In this document: positions 28,668-45,235 of the stretch, piece by piece | Layout of the letters: each line of letters starts with the position of its first letter | Numbering within the stretch: the stretch's first letter is position 1 | Source of the DNA: the human T2T-CHM13v2.0 reference genome, Homo sapiens | Direction: 5' to 3' (one strand) | Assembly: GCF_009914755.1 (NCBI RefSeq) | Contig: NC_060927.1 | Length of the DNA stretch: 64,000 bases | Position numbers and translations under genes: made by a program | The notes under the pieces: generated by a model | What the model was told of the DNA's origin: nothing | The model's database searches: none | The model's input: the letters and a program-made list of their open reading frames with translations, nothing else

Positions 28668-29909
28668 TCTGGATGAATAGTTTGCAGGAAGTCAAATGAT
28701 CCCTCTCCTCCAGGAGACCTATCATTGTAGCCATAGTTTGGTTGTATACTCTTTATTTTAGGGATTTCTACCAGAGACCTTTTTTTGATTCCATTCTCTT
28801 ATTTGATTTTCACCTAATCCAATCTTCCCAAGTTCAGGTCTCTGTGACTTTTGATGGGCCCAGAGCCACATGGTATAGTAGAAAGCAGTGGTGTTCAGAG
28901 TCAGAAGGACCTGGTTAGTAACCTCCTGATCTCAAGTCTGCTGTTGACTTGCTGTGATCACCTTGTGACTCAGATAAGCTTTCCACAGCAGGTGGTATTA
29001 ATTCAGACCACAAATAGTGTAGTTTTTCTTTTAATTAAAATAACCATAAGATTTATGTGTGGAACAGTTAACAAACTTTATTGAGCTCTTCTTACATGCA
29101 AAATGCTATGCTGGGATCTATGGATGTACAAAGACTGGCCTGAGGGAAAGTAGAGGCTGGTGTTTAGCAATAAGTGGAGACACTTTGTAGACGGAGGTCA
29201 ATAGTATGCTTAGACCTGGGCCACCAGGGCTTTTGCCCCAGGCTCCATGCCATCCACTGTCCTTCCCCCAAACCCCAGCCTCAGGGACTCCTGTGCTCTG
29301 AAGTCTCTTCGTCAAAGTTTTCTAAGTGCCTTTCTGGTGCTTAGAACTTGCCAGGGCTGGCAGTGCCATCTGGGCAGGGTGCTCTGAACCCAAATGAGGC
29401 CCAGTGTAGGCCCTGGCCTTCCTTTCTCACCTTCAGGGTGCTCTCTGACTCTTCACACTCTCACTTCTCCTATTTGTGCGGTTGACCAGTTGTCTCACAG
29501 GAGCTTCAGGACTCACACCTATGGGGTTATTTCCCTCCATTTCTCAGTTCTAGAAGGGCATCCTGGCAAGCAGATAGCTTCCACTGGATGGCATGGTATC
29601 TCTCTTATAGGACGCCATGAGATCAGGCCACCAGAATGATGCTGACATGTTGATTCTGAGGTCTGATAATTTTAATTTCTAACAAGTTTCCAGGCGATAT
29701 TGATGCTTCTGGTCAGGAAAACACTTTGAGAACCGATGATTTTTTTGTGAAACTGTGTGTCTTGTGAATGGTTGTATTCTTTGTAATCCTTTGAGATATT
29801 TTGTTCTTACATTACTGAAATATTGGTAAAATGCCTAGCTCAAGAGCAATGCAGATCTAAAGTTTATCATCTAAACACCAAATGTACACAGTGATATTGA
29901 TTCAGGCAT

Positions 29910-31285
29910 TGAGAGGTGACAGCGTGCTGGCAGTCCTCACAGCCCTGGCTCGCTCTGGGCGCCTCCTCTGCCTGGGCTCCCACTTTGGCGGCACTTGAGG
30001 AGCCCTTCAGCCCGCCGCTGCACTGTGGGAGTCCCTTTCTGGGCTGGCCAAGGCCGGAGCTGGCTCCCTCAGCTTGTGAGGAGGTGTGGAGGGAGAGGCG
30101 TGGGTAGGAACCGGGGCTGCGCGTGGTGCTTGCGGTCCAGCGTGGGTTCCGGGTGGGCGTGGGCTCGGCGGACTCCGCACTCGGAGTGGCGGTGGGCCCC
30201 ACCGGCCCCAGGCAGTGAGGGGCTTAGCACCTGGGCCAGCAGCTGCTGTGCTCAATTTCTCGCAGGGCCTTAGCTGCCTTCCCGCGGGGCAGGGCTCGGG
30301 ACCTGCAGCCCGCCATGCCTGAGCCTCCCCCCCACTCCGTGGGCTCCTGTGCAGCCCGAGCCTCCCGGACGAGCACAGCCCCCTGCTCCACGGTGCCCAG
30401 TCCCATCGACCACCCAAGGGCTGAGGAGTGCGGGCGCACGGCACGGGACTGGCAGGCAGCTCCACCTGCGGCCCCGGTGAGGGATCCACTGAGTGAAGCC
30501 AGCTGGGCTCCTGAGTCTGGTGGGGACGTGGAGAACCTTTGTGTCTAGCTCGGGGATTGTAAATACACCAATCGGCACTCTGTATCTAGCCCCAGGTTTG
30601 TAAACACACCAATCAACACCCTGATTCAGGGTTCGTGAATGCACCAACCGACACTCTGTATCTAGCTACTCTGGTGGGGACTTGGAGAACCTTTGTGTGG
30701 ACACTCTGTATCTAGCTAATCCGGTGGGGTTGTGGAGAACGTTTGTTTCTAGCTCAGGGATTGTAAATGCACCAATCAGTGCCCTGTCAGACCACTCGGC
30801 TCTACCAATCAGCAGCATGTGGGTGGGGCCAGATAAGAGAATAAACGCAGGCTGATGAGCCAGCAGTGGCAACCTGCTCGGGTCCCCTTCCACACTGTGG
30901 AAGCTTTGTTCTTTTGCTCTTTGCAATAGATCTTGCTGCTGCTCACTCTTTGGGTCCACACTGCCTTTATGAGATGTAACACTCACCGCGAAGGTCTGCA
31001 GCTTCACTCCTGAAGCCAGCGAGACCACGAACCCACCGGGAGGAAAGAACAACTCCAGACGTGCCACCTTAAGAGCCATAACACTCACCGCGAAGGTCCG
31101 CAGCTTCACTCCTGAGCCAGCGAGACCACGAACCCCACCAGAAGGAAGAAACTCCGAACACATCCAAACATCAGAAGGAACAAACTCCGGACACGCCACC
31201 TTTAAGAACTGTAACACTCACCGTGAGGGTCCGCGGCTTCATTCTTGAAGTCAGTAAGACCAAGAACCCACCAATTCCGGACACA
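29910..31285 (+). mobile_element. Solo LTR12C-type (HERV9/ERV9) LTR, copy 2
   Basis: TGAGAGGTGACAGCGTGCTGGCAG start, CCAATTCCGGACACA end; perfect TSD GCAT at 29906-29909 and 31286-31289; CCAAT repeats. Confidence 0.94.
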
Positions 31286-32570
31286 GCATCATCCTCTAGA
31301 ATACCTTTCTGTAAATGCCCTACCGGACTAATCTGTACTGTTGGTCACTACATAGTTAATGCAATGGTTTCTCATCCATGTGGCTCACATGAACACCAAG
31401 AAGGCCATTTGGCTTAAGGAGCAGAAAGGCAAATCTATAGCTCTGGTACTGCCTAATTCTTACTGTGGCTGAATACCACAGGAGTGGGTACGAATATCCC
31501 TTCCTTTATATATTGTTCCAAAATCTTTGGTGAAAATGAAATTTAAAAGAGTAAAATCTAATCCCATGTTTATTGAAGGAAGTAGTTCTTCAGAGGAGAA
31601 TATAATGGATATTGGGGTTGGGGGATTGCTTTGGGAGTTTGGATTTTATAGAGGGGACTGATTATGGCCAGGATTCCTAAAGGGGCAGAGTCTGAAGTCT
31701 CCCAAAGATGACCAATAGGCCAAATGACTCATTAATAGATTTGGGAGTTTCTAAGGACATTTGTAGTTTCCATGATTGAAGACAGCAGGAGATCCTTAAA
31801 AATCAACATTTACTGCATAACCGGTGAGTGACAAGTCCACCCCAAGATGTGGGTTTTGCAGAACGAATAGGCCCCCAGGGACTCACATTATAGTATCCCT
31901 TTTCCTACATCTCCCATAAGCCACTAAGAAGCATTGATGAGCAGGGAGGGATCTAAAAAGGGTGTCAACCAGGCACCACAGAAATCAGAGAAGGGAGATG
32001 TGTGTAGGAAAAAATATTATAGAACATGGTAAGCGCTCCGAAACATTATCTTAGTTGGCTCCCAATTTCTATTTGGGAGAGAATATGATTCCTCCTTTAA
32101 AAATGGGGAAACTAAAGCGCAGAGACTTGCCCAAAATTATGCAGCTAGTATCACAGAGCCAGGATACAAATAATCTACACACATATGTTGTATATAGAAA
32201 GTTATATTAGGAACAGGTGATCTGTGTCAAATCATCACTCAATCATCTACTAGCTAAAGTCTAGTTACTGAATTTCTCTGAGTTCTTAGTTAACTCTTAC
32301 ACAAAATAGGGCTGTCTTATAGAAACCAGGTTTACGATGAAGAAGAGATAAGAAACAAAGTTACTAGTTTGGTGTTGGTCACATAGTAGATGCTAAAAAG
32401 ACTGACTTCCTTCCCTTCCTGCCTCATCTCCCCCAAGATGGCTCCATGCTGGAGGCACAAAACAGATGTTTCTCTCAAACAAATTACTTTACTTTTCCAA
32501 GACTTAATTTCCTCACTTATAAAATAAAGATAATGGGGGCTATCTATTTTATAGAATTGTTGTATCATTT

Positions 32571-32877
32571 ATTTTATTTTTTATTTTTTATTTTTTTGAG
32601 ATAGAGTCTCATTCTGCCATCCAGGCTGGAGTACAGTGGCGTGATCTGTGCACTGCATCCTCCGCCTCCTGGGTTTAAGCGATTCTCCTGCCTCAGCCTC
32701 CCAAGTAGCTGAGATTACAGGTGTGTGCCACCACGCCTGGCTAATTTTTGCATTTTTAGTAGAGACAGGGTTTCACCATATTAGCCGAGCTGGTCTTGAA
32801 CTCCTGACCTCAAGTGATCCACACACCTTGGCCTCCCAAAGTACGGGGATTACAGGCATGAGCCATGGTGCCTGGCC
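32571..32877 (-). mobile_element. Alu, S-type, inserted in a MIR
   Basis: TSD TGTTGTATCATTT/TGTTGTGGCATTT; MIR tail (TAAATGAGATGATGCAC...GCTCAATAAATGTTAGC) resumes after it. Confidence 0.9.
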
Positions 32878-33705
32878 TGTTGTGGCATTTAAATGAGATG
32901 ATGCACATTAAGTACATAGAATAATGCATAGCACATACCTAGTGCTCAATAAATGTTAGCTATCATTAATAATAACAGAAATGAACATTCAAGAATCTAG
33001 GGTTCTTGGAGTCAGAGGGACAATGTGCCTACTCTTTGATTCTGTGCCTTGCAACTGGCAGCCCTTTAAAGCTGAGTTGGGGAAGGCCCATGCCCGGGAG
33101 GAAGTCTGGAGGCCCCAGGGGGAAATTGGGCTGTTTGGATCACCCTGTTTTATCTCCTGTGCAGGGCATACAGCTCTTGCCAAGGAGATGGCAGGATTTT
33201 CTTTCAAATAAAACCGAATTTTGCATAGTCCTCAGAAGAATTTTTTCTTCTGTTGCTGAATAGAGCTTCTAGAGGGCTTTTTGCAGGAGTGAAGAGAATG
33301 AAATAGTTGACTTCTCTATCCCAGCTCCTGGTTTAATAATTAGACATTCCGGGAATAACTGCTTTGGCAGAAGTCAGCTACATTTTATTTTGACAGGGAG
33401 AGTCTTTTGTTTTCCCTTTTCTTCCTGTTCCGTCATACTCATGGAAGAAAGTATTCAGAAATTTGGAGTTTTTGTAACATATTTCACTGCTTAGGGCTAT
33501 AATGTATGGTAAAATATTCCTTAAAGGTCACAGTGAGAAATATTTTATGGTGGAGAGATTATTGGAAAGACCAGCTTCCAGTATAACCCAGACAGTATCT
33601 ACTTGGGATATCTTAAAATTAAAGCTATATTATAACTTCTTCAGATTTTTATTCTATCTTTGGAATGGGGAGCTAACACTGCAGAGTTTAAAAAAGGCAG
33701 GAGGG

Positions 33706-34020
33706 TGCAGGGCGTGGTGGCTCCTGCCTGTAACCTCAGCACTTTGGGAGGCTGAGATGGGTGAATTGCTTGAGCCCAGGAGTCTGACACCAGCCTGGGC
33801 AACATGGCAAAACCCTGCCTCTACAAAAAAAAAAAAATGCAAAAAATTAGCCGGGCGTGGTGGTGTATGCCTTGCCTGCAGCCCCAGCTACTCCAGAGGC
33901 TGAGGCAGGAAAGTCCTTTGAGCCCTGGAGGTCGAGCTACAGTGAGCCGTGATCATGCCACTGTACCCCAGCCTGGGTGACAGAGCAAGACCCTCTTTCA
34001 AAAACAAACAAACAAACAAA
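33706..34020 (+). mobile_element. Alu, J-type, (CAAA)n tail
   Basis: Alu dimer with J-type right arm. Confidence 0.88.
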
Positions 34021-36080
34021 TGTGGGAGGGCATTGAAGCAGAGAGACCAAGGCATGCATTCCACCTTAGCCATTAAATTGTCCCTGGCAAGTTATTAAAA
34101 ATCTGTGATCCTCGCCATCCCCATCTGGAAAATGGCAGTAGTAAGCCCAACTTTGCAGGGTGGTTTGGAGAATGAGGGGACATTTGTAAAGCTCACAATG
34201 TGGCACATGGTGATTGCTCAATACATTTAGATAAATATTAGGTCCCTTCCCCAGCCTCCTCCAGTGCTTTATAGTTGAGTGCCCATGGGCAAGTCTCTGA
34301 GACTTACTGGTCTCAGTTTACCCATCTGTAAAATTAAGGGGCTTAGCCAGCTCTTCACACACTGTAATTTGTATCAGGCCTGAAAAGTCTCTGAGTCTCT
34401 GATTCTTTATGTTGTCGTCATTCAATGACGCTGAATTGAATTAGCTCCAGGTGAAAGGTGGAATGACCACAGGTATCTGGGTGGCGTGGGCAGAGTGACT
34501 TTTGACTGGGCCTGAGGAACTTTCAAGTTAGAGGGACTCAGGGTAGGTAACATCCTGAGTCCTTCTGGCCAGGAGAACAGCCCAGGGAGATTCAGCCCAA
34601 GCCCTACATGGAGTTCCGAATAACCAACCAGTTCCAGGACCAAGCTAGGCACTGGTGACAGATCCAGACTATTGTATTACTCAGCTTCCTTTTGGTGAGA
34701 AGCAGCAGAAACCCTACAAAAACCAGTTGGAACCCTGTAAAAATCAGCATAAAAGGGACTTTATTGTCTCATTAATCTTGGCAATCAAAGGGCTAGATCC
34801 ATACACTACTGGATTGAGGACCTCAAATGATGTTGTCAGGGCATTTTATCTCTACATCTTTTTGTTCTTCTTGTCTGTCTTTTTGAATGTTGGTCTTATA
34901 TTTTTCCTCCTGTTTCTGATAGATTTTCTCCACCTGAGAGCCAAGCTGGATCTTGGCAGACCTAGGCTTGCAGACTTTGGCTTACAGTGCCATAGGGATA
35001 CAATACAGTGCAATACAGTAGAATACAATACAATACGATAAGACACAATACAACAGGAATAGAGGTCTTCTCTCTCCCCTTGTCCACATGTCAGTCCTGT
35101 GGAAGGGCTCTGATTGGATTTTGTTAGCTATGTGCTCATTCCTTGCATGAGCATATGGTAGCATGTAAATGGCATGCTACAGTGCTCAAAATCCAATGCT
35201 CCAGTGTGACCGGGAGCCAGGTGGGCATTGTGATTTATAGTCTGATGATATTTGATGATATCTTGGTGAAGCTGCCATTCACCAACACAAAAAGATGTGC
35301 CAGACAAAAACCAACACGACCTGAAGAGATGCTCATGACAGGAGGAGGCTCAGCAATAGAAATAAATCCCTGTTTTGGCCCAGTTTCCTGTCCACTCAGA
35401 GACGCTGTGACTCTCCAGAGACCGCTGAGAAGCACAGCAGTGTACCCCCGGGTCTCACTTCCAGGAATTTGACTTTTTTTTCTATTAGTAGCTTCCTCTT
35501 TTCAATATCTTATTCACAAACATTACATGTCATTGTCCATCACTGATGTTTATCCAGTGTCAAATTCCTCACCTCCACTGTGCTTTCATTTCTCCTGCCT
35601 GCAAAACTCCAAGTCAGCCAAACCGTCCCATTTCTCCAGGCTTACAATTGGACTTCTGGGCACTCCAGGAGGTAGTCACAGGTCTGCACTGGCAAGTGCC
35701 ACTATAAATTCATGGCCTCCAACTTCAGGCAGGCTCCATTCCCAGGCAGCTCTTTCATCCACTGTGGAGACAGTGGCCATTTTAGAACATCCTCCACTTG
35801 CTGATTATTCTGTTTCTCCTGCAGATCCATTCTCTACCTATGTCTTTTCTGTGCCCTGATTGTCCAACCTCTACAGACTATCATCTGGCTCCCTTGGCCT
35901 CTGGCTTCCTGTTGGGCTTGGCCAAGGGAAGCACCAGCAGAAGAATGAGAGGGCAAGAGGAGAGGAAAGTTGAGCTGCTTATGTTCTGGCTTCCTCCCTG
36001 CCTCACCTCCTGTTTGCCAAGAATAAAACATGTTCTATCAAGCTCTGAATGGGTAGCATATCTGTTTAAAAGATCATATC

Positions 36081-36393
<313 letters not shown>

Positions 36394-36847
36394 TCAGGAA
36401 GAAAATGAATTAAGAAACTGATTAGTTTGTCAAACATTGTTAATGCCAACATTCCACAGTTACTTTTTAGTTATAACTCACAAAAGAAATCAATGGGAAA
36501 ATTTAAATATGGTACGTCAGCACTTAATAGAGTATGCTGTGGTCAGAATGGCATCAAGACAAAGGAAGGCATGTTCCATGTACCATTGAGGCAGGAAGCA
36601 GTGTCTTAAGAAGCTCAAGGCTAGAAGCAGGTCTTAGGGTTTGAGACAAGGAGAATTCACATATAGTCTTATTCTATTAATAGAAGAGTCTGTGCTGCAT
36701 TATGGGGAAATTACTTGCCCTGGTTTGAGTTTTATTTCCATCCCTACTCCCACTCTCCCTTCCCCCAACCCACCTGGGACGATCTGTACTAATCCTGCTA
36801 ACCACTATTTGTCTGGAGGAAATTTTATATAGAAAACATATGCATTT

Positions 36848-36886
36848 GACAAAATCAGGCACGTTTAGGGTGGTATGGCCGTAGAC
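36848..36886 (-). pseudogene. 3'-truncated (tailless) 5S rRNA retropseudogene, first ~39 nt of 5S
   Basis: Reverse complement GTCTACGGCCATACCACCCTAAACGTGCCTGATTTTGTC matches the 5S rRNA 5' end (GTCTACGGCCATACCACCCTGAACGCGCCCGATCTCGTC); degenerate TSD GAAAACATATGCATT / AAAGACATATGTATT. Confidence 0.88.
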
Positions 36887-37193
36887 AAAGACATATGTAT
36901 TCTTTAACAGGCATGCAGCTCAAGTTTGAAGAGTTCCTATTTTTCAAGTAATGAAAATTGTGGAATAATAGTGAAAGAGCATGGATTTTGGAATCACTCA
37001 GGGATAGATGCACTTAGAAAAGTTACCAAAACTCTGTAGGTCTCAGTTTCTTCTGTACCACTCAAAAATTATGGCTTCTTCACCCTGTTCAGCCACTCCA
37101 TACACACAATACCCCAATATGTGCAAACTAAAGCCTCAAACTTCGATGTGCATACGAATCAACTGAGACACCTTATTAAAATGCAGATCCTGA

Positions 37194-37524
<331 letters not shown>

Positions 37525-40500
37525 AATTCTGCATTTCTAATAAGCTCCCAGGTGCTGCCCAGGCAGCTGGTTCTTGGAGCACACTTTTGAGAAGCAAAAA
37601 CTCCTTGTATGGATAATCTGAGTGTGAAAAGAAAATGAGCCAGTGTTTTTTTTATAGCAACTGAAAGTTCCACAATGTGCCCTAGCCTTTTCCAGGACTT
37701 GTTACAGGAATGGTGGAAGTGCTGTGAGCAGCTCTGAGGAGTCTGCAGCCCCGCAGATGCTTGGGTCCCTCTGGTTGCTTTATTCTTAGTGTGGTCAGGT
37801 CTGCTGCCCCTACTGGCCCTGTCTCATGCCTTCTCCTAATTTATGTTGTAACTAATCACAGCACCTTAGCCCTCTTATTGTGCCTTAAATAGTTATAGGG
37901 GAACCTCTATGCTTCCAGTCTCCTTACCGTTAACCAGTAACTGTGCAAAGTGTATCCTAAATCAGGCCACTGACATTTTGGAATAAAGAGTTCCCTGGTG
38001 ATATGGCCTAAACTTCACAGGTACTGGGTCATCACTGTACAAATCAGCTTTTAGAAGCTGGAAAAAAAATTGGGTCAAATGCTTCAATGTGCATTACATT
38101 TAAATAAAACGTGTGGATGCTTTGACACATTTTAAAAACACTCTAGGTGTTAAAATGGAAATAATATAACAATGAATGACAAGATGTTTCATTTATCGCT
38201 TACTATGACTAGATGCTTTATATTCAATATCTGTAATCCTCACAGAAACATTGAATCTGTACTTTTGTGCCAGTGGGGACACAGGAATGCGGAAAGGATC
38301 AATTACTTGCCTGGTTTACACAGCTCATATGCAGCATAGCCTGGGTCCACCCGCCTCTGTCTGATGCCTGTTAAACACCTTCTGCCTCTCCAGATTAACA
38401 GTTCTCTCAGGCACCCTTTTCATTAGACAACCGCTTCCCTGAACGCATGCATTGTTTTAGTTTTGCTGTTTACTTTCTCATTCCCAATATTTGTGGTTTT
38501 TATTAATAAGGTTCCCCTTAAGGCAATGTGATCATCATGTTGGAAAATATTAGTGGGAGGTTTCTTTGAACTATTTAGTCAAGTTTAAACCCTACACAAA
38601 ATGATATTCTTCTATGTCAGGAATGGGTGACAAATGAAGTAATTTCTTTTTTCTACCAGGTAGCAAGGCAGTATCAGTGTATAAACGGTGGGAATAATGC
38701 ATCCAAAATGTGGGTCGTTATTTGTTTTTTCACTGTAGGGCTGAAGAAATATTTAAGTTTGTACTGAGTCACACATAGCCTCAGTGTGTTATTTTTATTG
38801 GGAGTGATTGAATTTTTGAGACTGAATTTATTTGAGTGATTGAATTATGAATGATTGATCAGTCCCTAGGATTGAAACTAAGGCAACATTACATAAACAA
38901 GAAATGGACCAAAGTAATCACAGCATCAAAACTCTGACAAGGGAGAAACGGATTTAGATATTGGACCCCCATAATAGTTTTTGTGAATTAGAAATGCCCT
39001 TTGAGTCTATTAATAAAGAGCATTTCAAGTTTTGAAAAAAGAACTTTGAGAACATTATAGCAATAAAGGGCACTAGTTGGGCCAGGCTTACTGATAGTCT
39101 GACATCCCAAATGTTTCCTGTAAGATCACAAAATGTCATCGATTCTGGTTGCCTGATCATTATCACAACTTGTCTACCTTTAAAAACAAGAAAATAATTT
39201 CTTCCCATTTTACACACTCTCTACTTTTCCTTTTTGGGATCATGCTCAGTTCTTTTTCTCTTCCAAAGGAGAGGAGGTGGTGAAGAAGCAGATGATTTCT
39301 ATAAGAGGCTGCTAAAGGCTCACAGAGAATATTATTTTTTTCTTGATGTTTCTTTAAAGCAGTGATAGCAAGGACAGCATAGCCTTTAGCACATATTTTG
39401 CTGATGGCTTCAGTGTGTTTTCTTTATTTGCCAAACACTTAAATATTTTTAGAGAGAGTTGCTCCATGCTTTATAAATAGCGATGTTCTAAAACTTACCA
39501 AGATGAACTGTGTTTTCTTTCAATGATGATGTTCTAAAAGAAATGTGTGGCATATTTATGCAGCAAAAATGCTGTAAAAATACAAAGCAACTCCTTACAC
39601 AGCGATAGGTTTGTAAAAGGCGATAAAGATGACCAACAGTAATTCATGTTTAGCAAATTAACAGGAAAGAAGAAATCTTTTTTTCTTTGCCTGCACCAGA
39701 CGGGTAAGGAAAAAATCCAAGGCATTAGCGGAGCAAATAGCCAGTGTGCTATCTACCAATACCATTAAGTGAGAGTGAAAGGAATTGATCTCTCGAAACA
39801 TAGTTAATGCACAGAGTTCTTTCATGGCTGGAAGGATTCCATACTCTTCGTGTGGGAAAATACCCTTCTCTATGCTTTTGGGTGGTGGTCCTTGAGTCAG
39901 CAGCTGGGGGACCTGGAAGGAATATATGGACAGTGAAACACAGCATCAGGGTTTGAGTCCCTGAAAGCTGCTTAAAGTAGAGCAAGTCATACAACCTATT
40001 TGGGCTTCCATTTCCTCATCTAAAAATGGAGAACGAAATGAGAATACATGTAAAAATGGTTCAGATCCCAAACTAGATGGGTATTAGTTATTGTGATCAT
40101 TATTGCTGTTATTCTGACTGTATGTAGCAGCCCTGGTTTGAACTTCTTTGTGCTGAGATTTGGAGGTCTGTATCCTCATGCTCCTCCCGCTAGGCTCTGC
40201 CCATTATGGTCTATATCTACAACCTGCTTGTCTGAAGATGTGTGTGTTTTACTTACTTGGGAATAGTCTGATGTTCTACTAAGTTCAGAGGATGCAGGGG
40301 ACATTGGAAACAAATGTGGATCATCTTAGAACGAAAATTGAAATAATTTTACATTTTACACATCATAGTGGCCAGGAATACAAAAACATCACTCATTCCT
40401 CAGTGTCTAGCTCATGAAACCTTAATTCGCATTGATTACAGAATAAAAATTCTGGCAATTCAAGATAAACAGTCACCTTTGAAGGTAAACTCAGTCAGTT

Positions 40501-41545
40501 TTGGATTCTCTCCTCACCTCCCTTCTCCATAGGGGTGATCTGTGATCTAAGCCGGGGCAGAGCACCTGGTCTGTGTGCCATCCTCAGTCCTCAGGGGCCC
40601 ACATGACAGGGCTGCTAATCCATGCCCCCGGGATGAAACTTTCTCCCCTCACATCTGTGGGCCTCCAGGGCCCCATTTGTGCACTTCGTATCCCCTTGAT
40701 CTCGACCCCAGCTTTCGCAGCTGCTGGCTTCCTCAGGCATTCCTGCACGACTTTTGATGGCAGGGACCGCTGCTAGAGAAACGTTTGGATGCTGTCCCAC
40801 ATCATGCTGGGGGGATGCGTAGGATGATTATACCTCCTGGTTTGCAGAAGACTTTGCCAGTTTTTGCCTGTTGTCTCTATGTGACTATTAATAGCCCTCT
40901 TCCTGCTCAAAAGTGTCCCAGTTTCGCAGTACATTCTACAATTGCTCAGGGTACAAGACTCAGGGAGGCTGCCCTCAGGCCTATATTGCCATAATCTTCC
41001 ACTTCCCTTTCACGTAGATGCTTCCTTGGACACAGGGTAGGTCAGGCCCAGTGGCAACTCAAACCTTATCCAGTCCACTCTGATCCTTTCATCCTGCCTC
41101 AAGTTTCTTTTTTGCCTAAGGGAAAGGAGAGAAGGAAAGTAATACTTACATAATCAAATATTATTCTCCACTCCATGCCTTTACGCTCTAAGCTTTCTCC
41201 TTACTATTTTTTTTGTGGTTATTCTACTGTTTTAATAGAAACATATCTGTTCAAACTATAAGTTACTTCTAATCATTCAGTCTTTCAGGGAGCATTAGAA
41301 AAAAACATACATAGTAACGAACACTGAGTTCAGGCCCAGGTTCACATAGTTTGTTTTACTTTCAGGAAATCCAGAACCTCTAGGAAATTATTATATTATG
41401 AAGAAGTTAAATTTTATAAGCTCTTTCCCTCAACTTTGGCTAAATGCAACCATTTATATAGCTACATTTAGAAAACTAAATGCAGAAAACTAAATGATCA
41501 TGAAGCAGAAATGTAAAATGGTAGATTTATTTTAATCTTTACTCA

Positions 41546-41862
<317 letters not shown>

Positions 41863-42698
41863 AAGAATAATTATATTTAAACAAAGCTCTTAAAATAACA
41901 ACGTGGTTAAAAAACAAGATGAATCAGTGCTGAGAAGTTTCTTACTTACGGAGTCATTCTCAGGAAGCAATACTTAAAATCTTAAACTGTAAACTTTTAG
42001 CTTGCAACGTTTTGATTTTTCCTGTATTTTGCAAATTTCTCAGTGCCACTAAATATATTATCTACTATTTCTTCTTAAAGAACTAATGTTCATAAAAAGG
42101 ATCATCATCGTCATCCTCATCTGATTCAAAATCAACCCCTTTCAATACTTGGCTCTGGGACATGTTTTTGCTGGATGATGTGCTGGACCACTTTTGATGT
42201 GTCTGTGAAGTGGCAGGAAAAATGTCTTCTTCCATATCTGATTCATCTACCTCAATCACCTCTGAATAATTTTTAGTGACATTTTGGGAAGGCTGCTGTC
42301 TTGTAGATTTAAAGGCTTCTGTAATAGACATATTTCTAGATGCTGGCACCATGGTCTTTGAGTTCCTGCTATGAGTAGAAGTCTCCAGACCAGGGCCTGC
42401 TCTTCCTCTTTGAGACCCTCCTCTGATGCTGAATTCTGTCCTCTTCCTCCTCTTCCACCTCTTCCTCAGCCTCTTTGTTGGTTGCTGCTGAGATGTTAAC
42501 ATCAGAGTCATTAGCCATCTGTTCTGCTAAATCTATACTCATAAGGTCATCAGCACTAAAGGCAGAAGCAGGTTCCTCTGATTGAGATCTGAGACCTCTG
42601 GCCCTGTTAATAGCCTCATGGACGTCATCATCTTCACTAGTATTTTTTTGTCTGTTTTCTCTGAATCGACATACTTCCTCATTGATTTTATTTTCTAG

Positions 42699-43057
<359 letters not shown>

Positions 43058-43749
43058 GAAATTGCTGTGTTTTTTACAACTGGCATTTCATTAATTCCTC
43101 AATGGCATCTTTCTCCTCCCTGTCCACAAATTCTTGTACTGCTTCACCCATCCCTCTTTCTGTTAGCAGTGAGAGTGGCACATTCTTCTCTTCAGTTTGA
43201 AAATACTGTTTTACAAGATCTTCTACCCTTAAAGTTGTTCCTTCTGAAGAAGGTTTTGCGGTAAGTTTCCCAAAGTTGATCTCTTCCCCTGTTTTTTCCT
43301 TTTGTTCTCTATGCCTGAAAAAATGGATAATGTCTTTTGGATTAGCTACCCGATGTACAAATTTCTGGCTAAAGCGAAGAACGTTGAAAGGTTCAAAACC
43401 TCCACTATAGTCCACTCGCAGTGGTATAAGAGACTTCTCTGGCTGGCAAGAATTACCTAGATGTTCCTATTTAGCATTTTCAAGCATTTCTTCAATCTTC
43501 GCCAAACAGAAGCTTTGTATGGCTTGGTTTACTTTAGGATTATCTGGGTTAAAAAATGGATGATTAGCCAGAACAACATCCTCTATGAAAAACTACCGCA
43601 CTGTGTGAAGAGGAATTTTCTGCATATTCATTTTTCTTCCTTTAATACACAGGAAACCAACATGTTTCTTTACAGCTTCTCCTGGGGAAAGAGAAGTAAC
43701 CACTGAGCTTCCAGGTTGTGAGGTATAAAATAGTTGTTGTTCATTTTTG

Positions 43750-44158
<409 letters not shown>

Positions 44159-44234
44159 TTACTTCTGTAATCACAAATAATCACAAATAAGTTAAACCAA
44201 GAGTTCTCATCTTCTTTTGATCTCAACATTGTTA

Positions 44235-44633
<399 letters not shown>

Positions 44634-45235
44634 TCATGAAAAAGATCACCACCTAACAAAATAAAATCCACTTCATTTTCCTGGGCAAGTTTTAAAATTT
44701 CATCAAGCGTTACACATGTATCATTTCCTCTGACTACATCTTTCTCCATAAATCCAAGATCAATATCTGTTGCAACTAAGATTTTAAACAAGTTTTAATC
44801 ATCAAGTGCTTCTGCAGGACTCATTTTTATGGTCAGTCAAGCTCCTCTGGGACCAAGTTCTTCTCCAAGAACCCCTGGGTCCTGTACTCAAATGTCAGAA
44901 AATTCACTCGATTCCAAATTCTAGAAATTCCCACTCCTGGCCTCTTCAAAGCCCCACCCATCAGGACCCAAGGCTGTCTTCTTTCCAGGAAGAAAGGGTG
45001 GGATCTGTGAGAAGAAAACAGCATGGTCGGAACTTGCCTCTGAGAACCCGCAGGGCCATAAACCTGAATTCTCTCCTTACTATCTTAACAGAAGTTTCTA
45101 GAAATCAAAACAAAACCTTTCTATTTCAGGTTTCTGGTTCCACCACCGGCCTTTAAGATATCTTGTTGATGTTAAGGGGAGAAATCCAACATCATGTCGA
45201 ATGTTGCTTCAGGATGCTGAAGGTGTGTGTGAGAG

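Noticed and set aside
34997-35055. Degenerate (CAATA)n pentamer tract
   Set aside because: Ordinary short simple repeat with no further structure.
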